Positions 60,941-64,000 of a stretch of DNA of 64,000 nt are shown one piece after another (the first letter of the stretch is position 1; each line of letters opens with the position of its first letter). A program made the position numbers and the translations under genes. The notes under the pieces were generated by a model. That model did no database searches, had not been told where the DNA came from, and saw nothing but the letters and a program-made list of their open reading frames with translations. This stretch comes from Ignavibacterium sp. (GTDB lineage: Bacteria; Bacteroidota; Ignavibacteria; Ignavibacteriales; Ignavibacteriaceae), in the NCBI GenBank assembly GCA_037478755.1, contig JBBFMB010000001.1:2178-66177 (forward strand). Direction: 5' to 3'.

Positions 60941-62884
60941 ATGAAAAATTATTCGCAGAAACTACAGTTAAAGCTCACCATTGAATTTGCTATTTTCTTT
61001 ATTATAGTCTCAGCTGTAATCTATGTTTTTACAACTGATAAATTCGAAACAGACCTCAGAGAGAAGTTCGAATACAAAGCTTCTATTTTTGCTAATTACC
61101 TTGAACAAAATCCCCAATTCTTCTGGACAGATTCAATTGATAACAAAGACCTGCTGGTAAAATTAGCTCAGCTTAACGATGCTGAATATCTTGTTATTGA
61201 AAACAGCAGGGGAAAATTAATTGATGCAATCAATCTTGATGTTGCAGAAAAGTATCTATATATCAGATCAGATATTGATGGCGGTATTTCTCAGGACAAA
61301 CAAATTTACAGAACAGTTAAGCAAATTTATCCAACAAAAATTCTTGCAGGAAAATTCTATGCAGGATTTAAAGCTGCTGATCAGATAACAAAGCTTCATA
61401 GAATCAAATTATTAACTGCACTATTTAGTTTAACAATTCTTCTAACAGGAATTATTATAACTTATATTCTGAGTCTGCTTTCATTCAGACCAATTATCGC
61501 AATCATTAATGCATTAGACAGAACTATTAAAGGGAATTACACAGTTAAAATAAAATATGAAGGAAAGAATGAATTAGGTTTGCTTGTAGAGAAAATTAAT
61601 GATGTACTAGATGAACTTCAGAAAAAAACAGAGAATAATGAAAAACTTGATCAGAAAATTGCTGATGTTTTACGCGATAAATTATCTGAAGTCGGAGCGG
61701 AAATTTCTGAACAGGAAGCTGCCAGAAGAATTTTAAGAAAAAGTGAAGAACAGTTTAAACTGCTTTTTGAAAATGCACCTATCGGAATGGTGATAATTTC
61801 TTCTGAAGGAAGAATTATGAGCATTAATAAATCTTTCTGTGATACCCTTGATTACACAACAGATGAATTACTTGGAGTTCCGATTAAATATTTATTTGAG
61901 AAAGATGAAATTCCTTTTTTCATTACAAAGAACAGTAAAAATGAAAGTGTAATCAGAATTTCTGATATCAATGCTGAAAAGAAACTTATCAAGAAAGATG
62001 GAAAAGAAATTAATGTAATTGTAAAATCAGTTGGCGTTGAAGATGATAACGGTGATGTAGATCATTACATAATGCAGCTGCTTGATATTACCGCAATAAA
62101 ACGAGCTCAGCAGGAATTGATGAAAGCACTTGAAAGAGCAGAACAATCTGATAAACTTAAAACTGCTTTTCTTGCACAAATGTCTCATGAAATCAGAACA
62201 CCTTTAAATGTTATTCTCACATCAATTCCGCTCTTTGAAGATTTAATTCCTCAGGGTGATGATGAAATGAAAGTAATTCTTGATTCCGTGAAAAGTGCAG
62301 GAAAACGCTTACACAGAACAATTGATATGATCTTAAATATGTCATCGGTTCAAAGTGGAAACTATAAACCACATTACGAAAGTTTCAGTTTGTCTGATGA
62401 CCTCAAGAAATTAACCGAAGAATTCAGATCTCTAAGTGAGGATAAAGGTCTTACACTTAACTTTACTAATCTTGCCGGCAGCACTTTCATCACAGCCGAT
62501 CGTTATACAGTAAATCAGATATTCCAGAATCTGATTGGCAATGCAATCAAATACACTCAAAAAGGATTTATCGATGTAATTCTTAGAGAGCAGCCAAATA
62601 AAAAACTTAAGGTTGAAGTCCGTGATACAGGCATAGGAATGAGTAAGGAATATCTTCAGAATATTTTCACACCATTTTCTCAGGAACATACTGGTCATAA
62701 ACGAGAGTATGAAGGCAACGGTCTTGGGCTTGCATTAGTGAAAAAATATGCCGAGATAAATCATGCAGAAATTCATGTTGAAAGTGAAAAGGGTAAAGGT
62801 TCTGTCTTTTCAGTTGTATTCGAAAAAGAAATAGACTTATCTCTCTTGAAAAATTTAGATAGCACTAAATCCATAGAGAAATAA
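60941..62884 (+). CDS. Membrane sensor histidine kinase (HAMP, PAS, HisKA, HATPase)
   Basis: Two TM; NELGLL HAMP; FENAPIG PAS; SHEIRTP; NAIKY; GNGLGL. Confidence 0.92.
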   Translation: MKNYSQKLQLKLTIEFAIFFIIVSAVIYVFTTDKFETDLREKFEYKASIFANYLEQNPQFFWTDSIDNKDLLVKLAQLNDAEYLVIENSRGKLIDAINLDVAEKYLYIRSDIDGGISQDKQIYRTVKQIYPTKILAGKFYAGFKAADQITKLHRIKLLTALFSLTILLTGIIITYILSLLSFRPIIAIINALDRTIKGNYTVKIKYEGKNELGLLVEKINDVLDELQKKTENNEKLDQKIADVLRDKLSEVGAEISEQEAARRILRKSEEQFKLLFENAPIGMVIISSEGRIMSINKSFCDTLDYTTDELLGVPIKYLFEKDEIPFFITKNSKNESVIRISDINAEKKLIKKDGKEINVIVKSVGVEDDNGDVDHYIMQLLDITAIKRAQQELMKALERAEQSDKLKTAFLAQMSHEIRTPLNVILTSIPLFEDLIPQGDDEMKVILDSVKSAGKRLHRTIDMILNMSSVQSGNYKPHYESFSLSDDLKKLTEEFRSLSEDKGLTLNFTNLAGSTFITADRYTVNQIFQNLIGNAIKYTQKGFIDVILREQPNKKLKVEVRDTGIGMSKEYLQNIFTPFSQEHTGHKREYEGNGLGLALVKKYAEINHAEIHVESEKGKGSVFSVVFEKEIDLSLLKNLDSTKSIEK

Positions 62885-62972
62885 TCAAAAGCTCAGTCAC
62901 TCTCCCTCTGGATTAACTTCATTATATTTGCACACCGATTATTTCATAATATAATTCCAAAAGGTTCATTTA

Positions 62973-64000
62973 ATGTTTAAAGTTGTATTAATTAAAGGTG
63001 ATGGCATTGGACCGGAAATTTCTGATGCTGTTGTAAAAATATTTGATGCTGCTAAAGTTCCTATAACCTGGATAGAAAAACAGGCTGGTTTGAATGTAAT
63101 TGATAAACATCCGACCGGAATTCCTGACGATACTTTCCAGGCAATTCAGGAATATAAAGTTGCTTTGAAAGGACCTACTACTACTCCTGTTGGTACAGGA
63201 CATAAATCTGTTAATGTAACTCTTCGAAAATCACTTGAGCTTTATGCCAATGTAAGACCAGCGAAATCATTGCCCGGTGTAAGAACCAGATTTGACAATG
63301 TTGACCTGATTATTGTTCGCGAAAACATTGAAGATACTTATGGCGGAATTGAACATCATCAAACCGCAGATGTAGCCCAAGCACTGAAACTTATAACTCG
63401 TCCCGGTTCAATAAGAATTGCGAAATATGCATTTGAAATGGCAAAGCTTTATGGCAGAAAAAAAGTTATGGCTGTTCATAAAGCAAATATTCACAAACTT
63501 ACCGATGGACTTTTCCTTAAGTGTTTTTATGAAGTCGCTGCAGATTATCCGGAAATTCAATCAAGCGATTTGATTGTTGATAATACTTGTATGCAGCTTG
63601 TAACTAATCCTGAAAGATTTGATGTTTTGGTTTTACCGAATCTTTATGGAGATATTGTGAGTGATCTTTCAGCCGGTTTAGTTGGCGGCTTAGGTGTTGC
63701 TCCGGGTGGAAATATTGGCGATGATGTTGCAATTTTTGAATCAGTTCATGGCTCAGCACCCGATATTGCAGGGCAGGGAATAGCTAATCCAACTGCTTTA
63801 TTACTTTCTTCGTTTCAAATGCTTCAGCATATTGGACTGCACCAAACGAAAAACAGAATTGAAAAAGCACTCATAGAAACTCTTAAAGACGGAATTAAAA
63901 CCAGAGACCTCGGCGGAAAAGCAGGAACAATGGAATTTACAGATGCTATAATAAATCATCTTGAACCTCCTGCAAAAGATGAGTTTAAAGAACCTTCACC
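62973..64000 (+). CDS. icd: Isocitrate dehydrogenase (isocitrate/isopropylmalate DH family), partial at the right edge
   Basis: Not in the ORF track. ATG 62973: MFKVVLIKGDGIGPEI..KGPTTTPVG..SVNVTLRK..YANVRP..VHKANI..PNLYGDIVSD..FESVHGSAPDIAG. Confidence 0.88.
   Translation, partial: MFKVVLIKGDGIGPEISDAVVKIFDAAKVPITWIEKQAGLNVIDKHPTGIPDDTFQAIQEYKVALKGPTTTPVGTGHKSVNVTLRKSLELYANVRPAKSLPGVRTRFDNVDLIIVRENIEDTYGGIEHHQTADVAQALKLITRPGSIRIAKYAFEMAKLYGRKKVMAVHKANIHKLTDGLFLKCFYEVAADYPEIQSSDLIVDNTCMQLVTNPERFDVLVLPNLYGDIVSDLSAGLVGGLGVAPGGNIGDDVAIFESVHGSAPDIAGQGIANPTALLLSSFQMLQHIGLHQTKNRIEKALIETLKDGIKTRDLGGKAGTMEFTDAIINHLEPPAKDEFKEPS

Noticed and set aside
347-63203. Numerous short antisense or alternate-frame ORFs in the track (e.g. 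738-998, 42770-43123, 46898-47266, 56498-56977, 62988-63203)
   Set aside because: They lie inside well-supported genes, lack motifs and RBSs, and are expected shadow ORFs.
1-64000. CRISPR arrays, tRNA/rRNA genes, prophage, integrase or transposase
   Set aside because: No regularly spaced repeats, cloverleaf or rRNA-like segments, or such protein motifs were seen by eye; intergenic gaps are short.

Overview
AT-rich bacterial chromosomal window. Gene content suggests an Ignavibacterium-like (Bacteroidota-Chlorobi-Ignavibacteria) organism: T9SS-type C-terminal sorting domains, a PorV-like barrel, uppS-bamA-skp-skp-lpxD and a eukaryote-type citrate synthase. The taxon is an inference. Much of the window is housekeeping (gpmA, gltA, lhgO, mlaE, ilvE, lexA, uppS, bamA, lpxD, cobO, xth, class II photolyase, partial icd) plus several sensor kinases. 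I found no rRNA, tRNA, CRISPR array or transposase. The best candidate for an undescribed system is the minus-strand three-gene operon at 294-3434. It encodes a 4-TM protein with mixed MotA/ExbB and GldL/PorL features, a single-pass protein whose TM aligns gaplessly with GldM/PorM, and an outer-membrane beta-barrel in the slot where GldN would be. It has no GldK and is preceded by a leader with competing terminator/antiterminator stems. Other notable items: a 1584-aa acyl-CoA synthetase/kinase-like/GNAT fusion; a lexA-WYL-nuclease-fold cassette with clear operators; a stand-alone CarH-type B12 photoreceptor beside cobO; a metal locus with a membrane-anchored DtxR, split FeoB and rubrerythrin-VIT1; a sphingomyelin-synthase-like enzyme; a putative restriction-modification pair; a REP-doublet MITE; and an apparently deleted/split lipoprotein gene. 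All homology calls come from motif recognition by eye, not from searches.
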